This document shows positions 18,456 to 27,914 of a DNA stretch of 64,000 nt, in pieces (within the stretch, counting starts at the first letter, position 1; each line of letters begins with the position of its first letter). The DNA comes from Candidatus Spongiisociaceae bacterium (lineage in GTDB: Bacteria > Actinomycetota > Acidimicrobiia > Spongiisociales > Spongiisociaceae): contig OZ251535.1 in assembly GCA_965243165.1 (NCBI GenBank), positions 1,217,572-1,281,571 of the forward strand. Direction: 5' to 3'. The notes under the pieces are model-generated. The model saw only the letters and a list, made by a program, of their open reading frames with translations, was not told the DNA's origin and made no database searches. Position numbers and translations under genes: made by a program.

Positions 18456-19385
18456 TCACCGGTGAAGCGGTTCACCCGATTCGATGTCGTATCGTTCCAG
18501 ATAGTCCTCGATGCTGCGGACGTACGCCCGGATCTGGGCCCCGTTGGGATCGTCGGCGGGGAACCAGCCGGCGGCGTATGAAACCGCTCGGCAGGCCGCC
18601 CGCGCCAGGCCGGCCAACATCTCCGAAGAGGCCTCGAGGCCTTGCCCGGTGCTGCGGCAACCGGCTTCGGTGCGCCATGGCGTGATCGCATCGGCGCCGG
18701 GCGGCTCCAACAGAGGGAGGACGGCCCGGCGGTGAGTTTCCGAGAGCTGGGCGCAGAGCCTGCCTATGTTGTGGCCCCGCGCTGCCCGGTCAGGGTCGGC
18801 CTCTAGATGTATCAGCGTCTTGAGCGACAGTTCCACCACCATATGAGCATTCCCGCAACCGCTTTGCAGCCGTTCGTTCATACGCATCCATATATCCACC
18901 ATTTCGCTGCTGCTTCGTTCGATTCGACCGGGGCCGATATGCTCTAGCAACTCACCCAAAGCAACTCTTGCTTCCTCCAATCGGGCAAGGGATTCCGCGT
19001 AGTCGCTGTCGGGCATCACCATCTCCTTGTTCCAATCCACATCGACGCCAACAGGCCGGTTCACGAGAACCCTCCCATGCCGGGCGATCCGCCCTTCGAG
19101 CGATGTGCGCACCTTGGTGGTGCGCATCCTCCACTCCGCTCGGTCGGTCACGCTCACATCCACCGGGAACTCCACGGCCCGCTCCGCCAGTTCCTCCAGC
19201 TCGCACCCCTTTTCCCGGCGTCTTTCGTAGTCCAGATCGTCGAAGACGGCCATCAGGTCGATGTCGCTGTGCTCGTCGGCTTCCCCGCGGGCCACCGAAC
19301 CGAACAGCACCACCCGGCCCGCCCCCGCCTCCGCCAAGGCCGCCGCCGCCCGTTCCGCGGCGGCCCGCACCGGCGCCGCCGCCAT
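18456..19385 (-). CDS. Nucleotidyltransferase (MNT/pol-beta-like) - HEPN domain fusion protein
   Basis: N-terminal GSVARGEADEHSDIDL (GS...DxD NTase motif). C-terminal helical region with an R-x4-H motif (RAARGH), which is HEPN-like. Its start ATG overlaps the stop of the upstream gene (ATGA). Confidence 0.6.
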   Translation of the reverse strand: MAAAPVRAAAERAAAALAEAGAGRVVLFGSVARGEADEHSDIDLMAVFDDLDYERRREKGCELEELAERAVEFPVDVSVTDRAEWRMRTTKVRTSLEGRIARHGRVLVNRPVGVDVDWNKEMVMPDSDYAESLARLEEARVALGELLEHIGPGRIERSSSEMVDIWMRMNERLQSGCGNAHMVVELSLKTLIHLEADPDRAARGHNIGRLCAQLSETHRRAVLPLLEPPGADAITPWRTEAGCRSTGQGLEASSEMLAGLARAACRAVSYAAGWFPADDPNGAQIRAYVRSIEDYLERYDIESGEPLHR

Positions 19386-19684
19386 CAGAACTCCGTGAGC
19401 ATCCGGGCGTCTACATTGGTGATGTAGTCCATGGGGTCGAAGGACATCTCACCGCGGCGGGGGTCGGCGTAGTAGCGCTGCTCGGCCTCCTCGAAGGTAC
19501 CGTCCCCGTCGTAGTGGACGATCCACACGTACTGATAGGCCGCCTCGACCAGCCAGGGGCCCTCCCGCCGGAAGCCGTGGTCGAGGCGGATCGGCAGGAG
19601 CTCCTCGTCCACCTTGGCGGCGAACTCCTCCAGCGTTCCGGGCTTCAGGTCGTAGATGCGGAGTTGAGCGGGCATGGCTCTCAT
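19385..19684 (-). CDS. NIPSNAP-like small protein (99 aa)
   Basis: MRAMPAQLRIYDLKPGTLEEF... resembles the NIPSNAP/Dabb N-terminus. ATGA overlaps with both the upstream and downstream genes. Confidence 0.45.
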   Translation of the reverse strand: MRAMPAQLRIYDLKPGTLEEFAAKVDEELLPIRLDHGFRREGPWLVEAAYQYVWIVHYDGDGTFEEAEQRYYADPRRGEMSFDPMDYITNVDARMLTEF

Positions 19685-21294
19685 GGTACACGGCCTCCTT
19701 CGGGTTTCTTCACCGGGGCCTTCGAACGCCTTCCGGCCCGCTCGAGGTACAGGTCCAGCGTTTTCTCCCTCGCCCACACCAGATCGATCAGGTCTTTTTT
19801 CGGGATCTGGAGCTCCCCGGCGGAGATGATCTCGCGGCGGAACTCGTCCAGCGGGATGCGGCGGTCCTTCTTCCGCTGGTTGTGATACGGGCACAGGGGC
19901 GCCCGGTTGGGCAGCCGGTTGGACCCCTCCGCCGACCTCGGGTCGATGTGGTCCAGATGGAAGTTGATGGGCTTGCGGATGACCTCCCCGTCCGGCCTCC
20001 GGTTGGCGAAGCCGCAGCACCAGGCTTTATAGCCGGACAGCTCCAGCAGCATGACCAGCATCTCCCGAGCCGGTATATCGGACGCCGGAACCTTGTACCT
20101 GCGTTCGCGGGGCTTCATGGCGGGGGCGGGTTTCGGGTCTTGGGTAACCCGTTCGGGGATGCCGTCGGGGCGGATCATCCGGATATCGGCGTCGGCGATC
20201 CAGGCGGTTTGCCTGCCCTCCCTCATCTCCAGCTCGGGGTTCTGGCCGTCCACCGCGTAATGGAACTTGTTGAACTGCCGCCTGACCACGGTCATGGCGC
20301 GCGGGTTTATGTCGCAGGCGATCCACTGCCTGCCCAGCCGTTCCGCGGCCACCGGAACATAGGCGCACCCGGCGAACGGATCCAACACCACGTCGCCGGG
20401 GTTGGAAGCAGACCGGATGATGCGTTCGGCGAGAGCTACGGGTTTCTGGGTGGGATAGCCGGTCCGTTCCGGATCAGTGCTTCCGATATAGGGAATGTTC
20501 CACACATCGCGCATGTTCACTAGGTTGTACACTCCGTGTCTGTCCTGGAAAAATTCGGCCTGTCCTCCTCCGTAGTTGACCACACCTGGTCTACGCGATT
20601 TGGATTTCGTATATGACTTCTCTTTCGGTTTGTTATAGGTCCATTTGCTGGTTTTTGAATAAAAAAAGATAGTGTCGTGTTTCTTGGAGAATCGAGTGCG
20701 CGATGCCCCGCCTGTTCTATACGACCAAACTATTTCGTTGCGGAAGTTCTTCTGTCCCAACACCGCGTCCAGCACAAGACGCAGATAGGAGTTGGCAGTG
20801 GGGTCACAGTGCAAAAAAACCGAACCGGTTTGTTTCAGCACCCGGTGCATTTCAATGATGCGGATCGCCATGTAGGCCAGGTAGGCAGCGTGCCCATCCG
20901 AATGAGAGTAACGGGCGGCGTCTATGACCTTTGCCACCGCCTCGTACCGGCCCTCGATCTTGACCAGCCACTCCTCGTGGATGTCTTTTTCCCAGGCCCA
21001 GACGTCGTGGAACCGGGCGATAGCTTCTCCGTTGTCCGGCCAATCGATGTTCGCTTCGGCGGCGGCGGCGCGGTTGTGGATTCCCCAGCCGGCCAGGGTC
21101 TGTTTCTCCAAGGCCAGCTCTTCGGCGCTCAGAGGAGGCTTCAGCGCGCCGGTGAAGGCGTAGTTCTTGGCGAACGGCGGGTCGGTCACGATCAGATCCA
21201 CCGTTTCGTTGTCCATGGCCCGGAGCATCTCCAGGTTGTCGGCGATCACCATGCGGCGGTTGAGGGGGTGCGGGGAGTCGAACTGGCTGGTCAT
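19681..21294 (-). CDS. Beta-class N6A/N4C DNA methyltransferase fused to a C-terminal HNH endonuclease domain
   Basis: Motif IV DLIVTDPPF comes before motif I VLDPFAGCAY (N6_N4_Mtase order). The C-terminus has CCGF...HLDHIDP...N...CPYHNQ, an HNH signature. 537 aa. Confidence 0.75.
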   Translation of the reverse strand: MTSQFDSPHPLNRRMVIADNLEMLRAMDNETVDLIVTDPPFAKNYAFTGALKPPLSAEELALEKQTLAGWGIHNRAAAAEANIDWPDNGEAIARFHDVWAWEKDIHEEWLVKIEGRYEAVAKVIDAARYSHSDGHAAYLAYMAIRIIEMHRVLKQTGSVFLHCDPTANSYLRLVLDAVLGQKNFRNEIVWSYRTGGASRTRFSKKHDTIFFYSKTSKWTYNKPKEKSYTKSKSRRPGVVNYGGGQAEFFQDRHGVYNLVNMRDVWNIPYIGSTDPERTGYPTQKPVALAERIIRSASNPGDVVLDPFAGCAYVPVAAERLGRQWIACDINPRAMTVVRRQFNKFHYAVDGQNPELEMREGRQTAWIADADIRMIRPDGIPERVTQDPKPAPAMKPRERRYKVPASDIPAREMLVMLLELSGYKAWCCGFANRRPDGEVIRKPINFHLDHIDPRSAEGSNRLPNRAPLCPYHNQRKKDRRIPLDEFRREIISAGELQIPKKDLIDLVWAREKTLDLYLERAGRRSKAPVKKPEGGRVP

Positions 21295-21357
21295 CGCGTC
21301 TCCTTGCCCGGCGAATGTTTCACGTACCGCCTCAATGTAAACCGAGGGTGTGACATT

Positions 21358-22407
21358 CTACGGGCCGGGCTGCGGCCGGGGGGCGATCCCGTGGCCCTCC
21401 GCTTTGGCCGACCGGCCCATCAGCTCGGCCAGCGCCGTCGGCACCGTTTCCCCCTCGTAGAGGATGCGCCCCACCGCCTCGGCGATGGGCATCTCCACGC
21501 CGAGCCGGGAGGCCAGGTCGAGCACCGCTCTGGTCGTTTTCACCCCCTCCGCCACCATGTTGGTCTCCGCCAGGATCTCGTCGATCCGCCCCCCCTCGCC
21601 GAGGCGGCGCCCCACCCGGTTGTTGCGGCTGCGGGGGCTGCCGCAGGTGGCGATCAGGTCGCCCACCCCCGCCAGCCCTCCGAACGTCAGGGCCTGCCCG
21701 CCCATGGCGATGCCCAGGCGGGTGATCTCGGCCAGCCCCCTCGTTATCAGGGCGGCCAGGGTGTTCATCCCGAAACCCAGCCCGGCGGCGGCCCCCGCCG
21801 CGATGGCCATGACGTTCTTGGCGGCGCCCGCCGCCTCCACCCCGATCACGTCCGGGTTGGTGTAGACCCTCAGCCTCGGAGAAGCGAACAGGCGCTGGAT
21901 CCGGCGGGCGGCCTCCCGATCCCCGACGGCTATCACGGCGGCGGCCGGCTGCCCCTCCATGATCTCGACCGCCAGGTTGGGGCCGGACAGCGCGCCCGCC
22001 GCGCCCGGGTCGTGCCCCCCCAGCACCTCCAGGGTCACCTGCGACATGCGCAGGCCGGTGCCCTCCTCGATGCCTTTGGCCAGGCTGATGACCGGCGTCG
22101 ACGGGCTGATCAGCCCCTGCGCCTGCTCCAAGACCGCTCGGTATCCGTGGGAGGGCACGGCCACCATCACCAGGCCCGCGCCCTCCAGCGCCTCCTCCAG
22201 CCGGGATGAGGCCGTAATCCCCTCCGGCAGGGTGAAACCCGGCAGGTAGTCAGGGTTCTCGCGGCCGGCGTTGATCATCCCGGCCAACTCCGCCCGCCGC
22301 GCCCACAGCGACACCTCGGCCCCGGCCGAAGCCAGGCACGCGATGGCCGTACCCCAAGAACCCGCGCCGATCACCGCCGCCCGCATAGGAGGATCGTAGG
22401 ACATCAC
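21358..22407 (-). CDS. gpsA: NAD(P)H-dependent glycerol-3-phosphate dehydrogenase
   Basis: AVIGAGSWGTA Rossmann motif and overall GpsA-like sequence. The start could instead be the internal MRAAVIG. Confidence 0.85.
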   Translation of the reverse strand: MMSYDPPMRAAVIGAGSWGTAIACLASAGAEVSLWARRAELAGMINAGRENPDYLPGFTLPEGITASSRLEEALEGAGLVMVAVPSHGYRAVLEQAQGLISPSTPVISLAKGIEEGTGLRMSQVTLEVLGGHDPGAAGALSGPNLAVEIMEGQPAAAVIAVGDREAARRIQRLFASPRLRVYTNPDVIGVEAAGAAKNVMAIAAGAAAGLGFGMNTLAALITRGLAEITRLGIAMGGQALTFGGLAGVGDLIATCGSPRSRNNRVGRRLGEGGRIDEILAETNMVAEGVKTTRAVLDLASRLGVEMPIAEAVGRILYEGETVPTALAELMGRSAKAEGHGIAPRPQPGP

Positions 22408-22690
22408 GTCCGCCGGCGCTGCGGGACCGCGAAAAGACGCCGGCGGCGTCGGGGGAGGGCAACCCGGCGAAGCCGGGGCGGGGGCGCAGTTTTCGCGATT
22501 TCGGGTGCGGCGGCGGGGAGCCGAAGACCTTCGAACAGGAGGGGTTCAGGGGAGGGGCGGTCAGGCGGCCGGGGCGTTCGGCGGTGTCGGCGGATTGGGC
22601 GCGGCCGGCGGGGTGCTTCATCGGTTGGGGCCTTCCGGCGGCGGCCGGCCGGCGGGGGAAAGGCGCCCTTCGGCTATCCTGGCAGCCCCC

Positions 22691-23761
22691 ATGGTACGAG
22701 TCGGCCTCCACGGTTTCCCAAACTCCGGGAAGACCACCTTTTTCAACGCCCTGACCGGCTTGAACGCCCCCGCCGCCCCCCACCCCTACACCACCGCCTC
22801 CCCCAACCTGGGCGTTCTCGAAGTCCCCGATCCCATGCTCGAGCAGGCGGCGGCGCTGGAACGGTCGCGCAAGGTCACCCCGGCCGCGGTCGAGCTGGTC
22901 GACCATCCGGCGGTCAGGCCCGGATCGGGCCGGGGGGCGGGCTGGGGCAAGGGCATGGATGCGATGGTGATGGTGCTGCGGGGCCACCGCTCCGAGCTGG
23001 CGCCCGCCGCCTCGAACGGCGACCCGGCCGACTTCGCATCCCAGGCCGAGGATCTGCAGATGGAGGCGGCCCTGGCCGACTTCGAGGTGTTCGACCGGCG
23101 GCGGGAGCGGATCGTCAAGGAAGCCTCCGCCGACCCGGCTCTGCGCCCCGCCGCCGAAGCGGTCGCCCGGGCCGCCGGCCTGCTGGCGGAGGGAACCCCC
23201 CTGCGCGCCCGTTCCTGGTCCGAGCCGGAGCTCAGTGTTTTCCGGGACATGGACCCCCTCACCCTGCTGCCCTGCATCTGGGCGGTCAACACCGCCGAGG
23301 ACGAAGCCGGCCCCGCCGCCCCGGCCTCCCGCCTGCGGGAAACGGTCCATCCGGGCGATCCGGTGCTGGCCGCCCCCGCTCTCTTGGAGGAGGAGCTGTC
23401 GCGCCTCGCCCCCGCCGAGCGGGAAGAGATGCGCGAAGGGCTGGGTTTGGGGGGCGGGGCGGCCGCCGCTCTGATCAAGGCCGTCTACCGGTCGTTGGGG
23501 TTGATCACCTTCTACACCCTCAACTCCAAGGAGAGCCGGGCGTGGGCCGTTCCCGGCGGCGCCACCGCCCGCAGAGCCGCCGGCAAGGTTCACTCCGACT
23601 TGGAGAGGGGGTTCATCCGGGCCGAGGCCGCCCCCGTCGGCGAAGTCGTCCGCCTCGGCGGGTGGGCGGCCGCCCGGGCCGCCGGGGGCGCCGTCAGGGT
23701 GGAGGGCAAGGACTATCAGGTGCAGGACGGAGACGTCCTCCTGATCAGGTTCTCGGTGTGA
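22691..23761 (+). CDS. ychF: Redox-regulated ribosome-binding ATPase YchF (Obg family)
   Basis: G1 GFPNSGKTTFFNALTG and a C-terminal TGS domain ...EGKDYQVQDGDVLLIRFSV. Start at ATG 22691 (the ORF upstream of that is low-complexity). Confidence 0.8.
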   Translation: MVRVGLHGFPNSGKTTFFNALTGLNAPAAPHPYTTASPNLGVLEVPDPMLEQAAALERSRKVTPAAVELVDHPAVRPGSGRGAGWGKGMDAMVMVLRGHRSELAPAASNGDPADFASQAEDLQMEAALADFEVFDRRRERIVKEASADPALRPAAEAVARAAGLLAEGTPLRARSWSEPELSVFRDMDPLTLLPCIWAVNTAEDEAGPAAPASRLRETVHPGDPVLAAPALLEEELSRLAPAEREEMREGLGLGGGAAAALIKAVYRSLGLITFYTLNSKESRAWAVPGGATARRAAGKVHSDLERGFIRAEAAPVGEVVRLGGWAAARAAGGAVRVEGKDYQVQDGDVLLIRFSV

Positions 23762-24696
23762 ACGGCGCGGGGGCTCCGCCCGCCGGCGGCCGTCCGGCCC
23801 GGCCCACGCCCGTCGGGCTGTTCCTGACCGCCCTGCGCGGCTTCGCCATCGGCTCCGCCATTCTGATACCGGGGGTGTCGGGCGGCACGGTGGCGCTGGT
23901 GTCCGGCATCTACCTCCGCCTGCTGGCCGCCATCGGGGGCGCTTCGGCGGCGTTTTCCCGGTTGCTCAGGGGCAACTTCCGCGGGTCGGTCGAGGCCGCT
24001 CGGCAGACCGACTGGTGGTTCCTGGCAACGGTGGTGGGTTCGGCGGCGTTGGCGCTGCTGTCCCTGGCCGGGGTGGTGGGGAGCCTGCTGCGCAACTACC
24101 CGATCGGCACCGCCGCCGTGTTCTTCGGCCTGATCGCCGGGTCGGTGGCGGCGGCCTGGCGGATCATGCGCGCCCCCTCCGCCGTCCACGCCGCCTCCGC
24201 CGTTGCGTTGGGCGCGGCGGCCTTCTACCTGTTCGGCTTCCGGTCGACGGCGGTGGTGGACGACCCCGCCTGGTTCGTCTTCCTGGGCGCCGGCGTCATG
24301 GCCGTCTGCGCCTTCATCCTGCCGGGCATCAGCGGGTCGTTCCTGCTGCTGGCGGTCGGCATGTACCAGAACGTACTGGCCGCCATCGACGCGATACACC
24401 TGCCCACCCTGGCCGTCTACTACGGCGGATGGGCGTTCGGGCTGGCGGTGTTCTCGCGTTTCCTCGAATGGCTCCTCGACCGCTGGCACGACGCGGTGGT
24501 GGCGGGGATGGTCGGCCTCATGCTCGGATCGTTCCGCATCCTGTGGCCGTGGCCGGACGGCCTCGGCGGCGACGCCGGCTTGGGCGCTCCCGGCGACGGA
24601 TGGGCGGCGCCCGCCCTCTTGGCGGCCGGCTCGGCGGTGCTGGTGGTGGTGTTGGTCTCTTGGGCCAACCGCACCGACCGCCCGGCGGAGGAATAG
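23758..24696 (+). CDS. DUF368-family membrane protein (putative undecaprenyl-phosphate translocase family)
   Basis: Two G(V/I)SGG/SGS motifs (IPGVSGGT, ILPGISGSF) in a polytopic membrane protein. A GTG start overlapping the ychF stop is proposed; the start is uncertain. Confidence 0.6.
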   Translation: MNGAGAPPAGGRPARPTPVGLFLTALRGFAIGSAILIPGVSGGTVALVSGIYLRLLAAIGGASAAFSRLLRGNFRGSVEAARQTDWWFLATVVGSAALALLSLAGVVGSLLRNYPIGTAAVFFGLIAGSVAAAWRIMRAPSAVHAASAVALGAAAFYLFGFRSTAVVDDPAWFVFLGAGVMAVCAFILPGISGSFLLLAVGMYQNVLAAIDAIHLPTLAVYYGGWAFGLAVFSRFLEWLLDRWHDAVVAGMVGLMLGSFRILWPWPDGLGGDAGLGAPGDGWAAPALLAAGSAVLVVVLVSWANRTDRPAEE

Positions 24697-24730
24697 CCGC
24701 CCCGGCCCCCGGCGGCGGGCAGAGGACGGG

Positions 24731-25690
24731 TCAGCCGGGGGTTTCGGAGTCCGGGCGTCGGCGGCGCAGGGCGCGGCGGACGTCGGCCAGCTCGGCGGCG
24801 GGGGCGGCGATCAGATCTCGGGCCAGGAGGACCAGGCGGTATCCGCCCAGGACCACGGCGGTGCCGGCCGCCTCTTCCGCCGACAGGACGGCGGCCATCG
24901 ACACTTCGAACACGCCTATCCCCTGGGGGGCGAAGGGCGCCAGGAACCCTGCGCCCCAGGTGAGGAGGAAGCCGCCTATCACCAGGACCGTGCGGTAGGG
25001 GTCGGCGGAAGGGAAAGCCCGCAGGTAGAGGAGGAAGGTCAGGGCCGACCACCCCCAGAAGACGGCGTTGACGGCGATCAGCTGCAGGTACCCGCGCCAG
25101 GTGAGGGAGAACTCTACCCCCCGCCGCGCCGCCCACCAGGACGCGAGCCGCCCGGACAGGGCGGGGGAGGCGGCGGCCAGCAGGAGGAGCGCCAAGGCGG
25201 TCATCCAGGCCGCCCCGCCGGGCAGGGCCCCGGACGCGCCCAGCACCGCCAGGCCGCTGATGATCACCACGGTCAGGCTGGTGGCCATCTCCAGCGCGGC
25301 GGTGGCGCTCAGCGGGCCCAGCGGCAGTCCGGCGCGCCGCAGCAGGCCGACCCGCCCCACCGCGAACCACACCGAGCCGGGGATGTACCGGGCGAGCAGG
25401 GAGCGGGAAGCGGCCGACAGCGCCTTGCCGAACACCTCCGGCGAGGCCGCCCGGACGCCCTGGATGCGGAGGCTCACCGTCCAGAACCAGGCGCCGATCC
25501 AGATCATCCCGAAGCTGGACACCAGCGAGGCCGCTATGAGCAGCGGACGGGCGCCGCGCAGCAGCTCGACCACCTCCGTCCACCTGGACTGCACCACCCA
25601 GGCCGCGGCGGCCGCCAACCCCGCCAAATAGGCGATCCGCACCCCTTTCAGCAGCCGTTTCAGACCCGCCCGGCGGTTATTTCCGTCCAT
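24731..25690 (-). CDS. Flippase-like / lysylphosphatidylglycerol-synthase-TM-like (UPF0104) membrane protein
   Basis: 319 aa polytopic membrane protein with UPF0104-like topology. Overlaps the upstream pyruvyl transferase gene by 14 nt. Confidence 0.5.
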   Translation of the reverse strand: MDGNNRRAGLKRLLKGVRIAYLAGLAAAAAWVVQSRWTEVVELLRGARPLLIAASLVSSFGMIWIGAWFWTVSLRIQGVRAASPEVFGKALSAASRSLLARYIPGSVWFAVGRVGLLRRAGLPLGPLSATAALEMATSLTVVIISGLAVLGASGALPGGAAWMTALALLLLAAASPALSGRLASWWAARRGVEFSLTWRGYLQLIAVNAVFWGWSALTFLLYLRAFPSADPYRTVLVIGGFLLTWGAGFLAPFAPQGIGVFEVSMAAVLSAEEAAGTAVVLGGYRLVLLARDLIAAPAAELADVRRALRRRRPDSETPG

Positions 25691-26765
25691 GCCGCTGCTC
25701 CGTCAACCTATCCAACGCCCGGTCGTTCTCGGCCAGGCGTTCCCGCAGTATGCCCCTCGCCTCGGCGGGGCGTCCTCCGCCGGCCAGGGCGCGCTCGGCC
25801 GCTTCCGCCAGGGCGGCGGGTTCGGAGAGGAGGGGGGAGGCCAGCGGCGCCCATCCACCCCCCTCGGCCGCCAGGGACGCCATCTTGGGGGAGTAGTCGA
25901 GCAGCACCGCCGGGCGGCCGTGGAGCAGGGCGGCGACCGCGCCGTGGTAGCGCATGGTGATCACCAGGCGGCTCTTTCCCACCTCTTCCAGCACGTCGTC
26001 CAGGCCGGGGGCGGAGACCGACGCATCGGAGCGGAGCCGGTCGGCCGCCGCCCGCAGCACCGGCAGGTCCCGGCTTTTCTGGAAGGCCACCATTCGGATC
26101 GGCAGTCCGACGGCGCCGGCCGCCGCGTCCAGGGCGGCGGCCAGCCGGCCGGCCCGGAGAGCGGACGGAGGGCCCGCCTTGGCCGCCGCCGACGCGGTGC
26201 GCACCCCGCCCCGGTTGGCCGGCCTCAGGATCACGCACACCGCATCGCAGGGGTCCACCGGGGCCGGTTCCTCCCCGATGACGGGGTCGCTCCCCACCCT
26301 CACGCCCTGCAGCCCCCAACCTTCGAGCAGCTCGGCGGAGGCTTGGTCTCTCACCACTATCGACTGCATCCGGTGCAGGGCGCGGCGGGCGGCCCGGGCC
26401 GGAAGGGCGCCGTCCACCCGCCCCGCCCCCAGGCCGACCGCCGCACACGGAATCTTCCGGGCGGCCCGCCACCGGGCGGCGTGGAAGGGGATGTTCCAAA
26501 CCGAGGTCTCGGTCTGGATCAGCCCCCCCGCGGCGGCCATCCCGTCCATCCGGCGCACCGCCCGCCGCAGGCCGGGGGTGTCGAGGGGGGACCGGTGGCG
26601 CAGCGCTTCGACGCCGTGGAGGCGGCGGGTGCCCGCCGGGTCGATCGAGACCGCCGCCGGTTCCGCCCCGCGGGCCCGCAGCGACCGGATGAGCGAACGC
26701 AGGATCAGCTCGTCGCCCAGGTTGTCCGAACCTATCCAGCCGGCGACGGCGATGCGGAGGGTCAT
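25677..26765 (-). CDS. Polysaccharide pyruvyl transferase family protein (CsaB-like)
   Basis: MTLRIAVAGWIGSDNLGDELIL... is the typical pyruvyl-transferase N-terminus. Start at ATG 26763-26765 (the longer ORF to 27998 is artefactual). Confidence 0.7.
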   Translation of the reverse strand: MTLRIAVAGWIGSDNLGDELILRSLIRSLRARGAEPAAVSIDPAGTRRLHGVEALRHRSPLDTPGLRRAVRRMDGMAAAGGLIQTETSVWNIPFHAARWRAARKIPCAAVGLGAGRVDGALPARAARRALHRMQSIVVRDQASAELLEGWGLQGVRVGSDPVIGEEPAPVDPCDAVCVILRPANRGGVRTASAAAKAGPPSALRAGRLAAALDAAAGAVGLPIRMVAFQKSRDLPVLRAAADRLRSDASVSAPGLDDVLEEVGKSRLVITMRYHGAVAALLHGRPAVLLDYSPKMASLAAEGGGWAPLASPLLSEPAALAEAAERALAGGGRPAEARGILRERLAENDRALDRLTEQRHGRK

Positions 26766-26815
26766 CGGCCCTTGCCCTGCCTTCCTGCGCCCGGTCCTGC
26801 GCCCCGCCCGCCGGA

Positions 26816-27808
26816 TCAGCCGGACGGACGGCCTGCGGAGGCCGGTTCCGGCGGTTCCGGCGGATCCAGAGGCGAGGAGGCCGGGAGCGCCATGTCCCGG
26901 GGGCGGTTGATCTGCACCAGCATGTCGGCCACCAGGGCCACCAGGATCACCGCCGCCGCCGACATGAGCAGCACCACGGTGTTGGTCGCCACCCGCAGGT
27001 CCTTGGTGGCCAGGTCGTACACCAGCTTGATCAGCCCGGCGCCCGTCAGCACCCCTCCGATGGGGGCGAAGAAGCGCAGGGGGTTCCACAGGAGCACCAT
27101 CCTGATCACCTGTTTGATGTAGAGGGCGGTGTCCTTCCACCAGTGGAACTTGGATTCCCCGGCCCTGGGGGCGTAGTCGATGGGGGTGTAGCGCACCGAG
27201 TATCCGTTGGAGAGGAAGCTCATGGTGAGGGTGGTGACGCAGCTGAATCCGGAGGGCAGCAGGTGCAGGAACTGGCCGGCGACCGTCCGGCGGAAGGCCC
27301 GGTAGCCGGAGTTGAGGTCGGGGATCCTGGTCATGGTCAGGAAGGAAGCCAGCATGCGGATCGCCCATTTGGCGGGGACGCGGAACAGCTTGCGCCTGCC
27401 GCCTTCGCTCCGCCGGGCGCCCACCACCATGTCCCATCCGGCCAGGCGGTCCACCAGCTGGGGTATCCGGTCGTTGGGGTAGGTCATGTCGGCGTCGGTC
27501 CAGACCACCGTTTCTCCCCGCGCCAGAGATGTTCCGGCTCGGCGGGCGGCCCCCGACCCCCGGTTCTGCTCGAATCGGACGCAGCGCACCTTCCCTGCGT
27601 CCGCCTCGCCCGCCAGCCCGGACACCCCGCCGTCGGTGGAGCCGTCGTCCACCACCACGATCTCGTAGCGGTAGGGCGAGGCTTCCATCGCCTCGCCGAT
27701 CCGCCGGATTTCCTCGGCCAGGTGGCCGGCCTCGTTGAAGACCGGCAGCACGATGCTCACGTCCACCGGCGGAGCCGCCGGCGCCTCGGTTGGTTCGCAG
27801 TGCGCCAC
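26816..27808 (-). CDS. GT2 glycosyltransferase (polyprenol-phosphate sugar synthase, DPM1/GtrB-like) with C-terminal TM helices
   Basis: VSIVLPVFNEAGHL..., VVDDGSTDGG, DADM DXD-type motifs and C-terminal hydrophobic helices. A GTG start at 27808 is proposed. Confidence 0.7.
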   Translation of the reverse strand: MAHCEPTEAPAAPPVDVSIVLPVFNEAGHLAEEIRRIGEAMEASPYRYEIVVVDDGSTDGGVSGLAGEADAGKVRCVRFEQNRGSGAARRAGTSLARGETVVWTDADMTYPNDRIPQLVDRLAGWDMVVGARRSEGGRRKLFRVPAKWAIRMLASFLTMTRIPDLNSGYRAFRRTVAGQFLHLLPSGFSCVTTLTMSFLSNGYSVRYTPIDYAPRAGESKFHWWKDTALYIKQVIRMVLLWNPLRFFAPIGGVLTGAGLIKLVYDLATKDLRVATNTVVLLMSAAAVILVALVADMLVQINRPRDMALPASSPLDPPEPPEPASAGRPSG

Positions 27809-27914
27809 ACCGCAAGTTTGATAGCTGGAGCGCCCGGCGGCAAGTGCGGCGCCGCCCGGCCCTGTCCAGTACCCGCCCGGAGGCCCGCCGGGGCCTGCCT
27901 TTCCAGCCCTGAGC

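Noticed and set aside
20677-22209. 510 aa + strand ORF overlapping the MTase-HNH and gpsA genes
   Set aside because: Spans two convergent, well-supported genes in antisense. Low-complexity.
22250-23593. 447 aa - strand ORF overlapping gpsA and ychF
   Set aside because: Gly-rich junk. The ychF frame has GTPase and TGS motifs.
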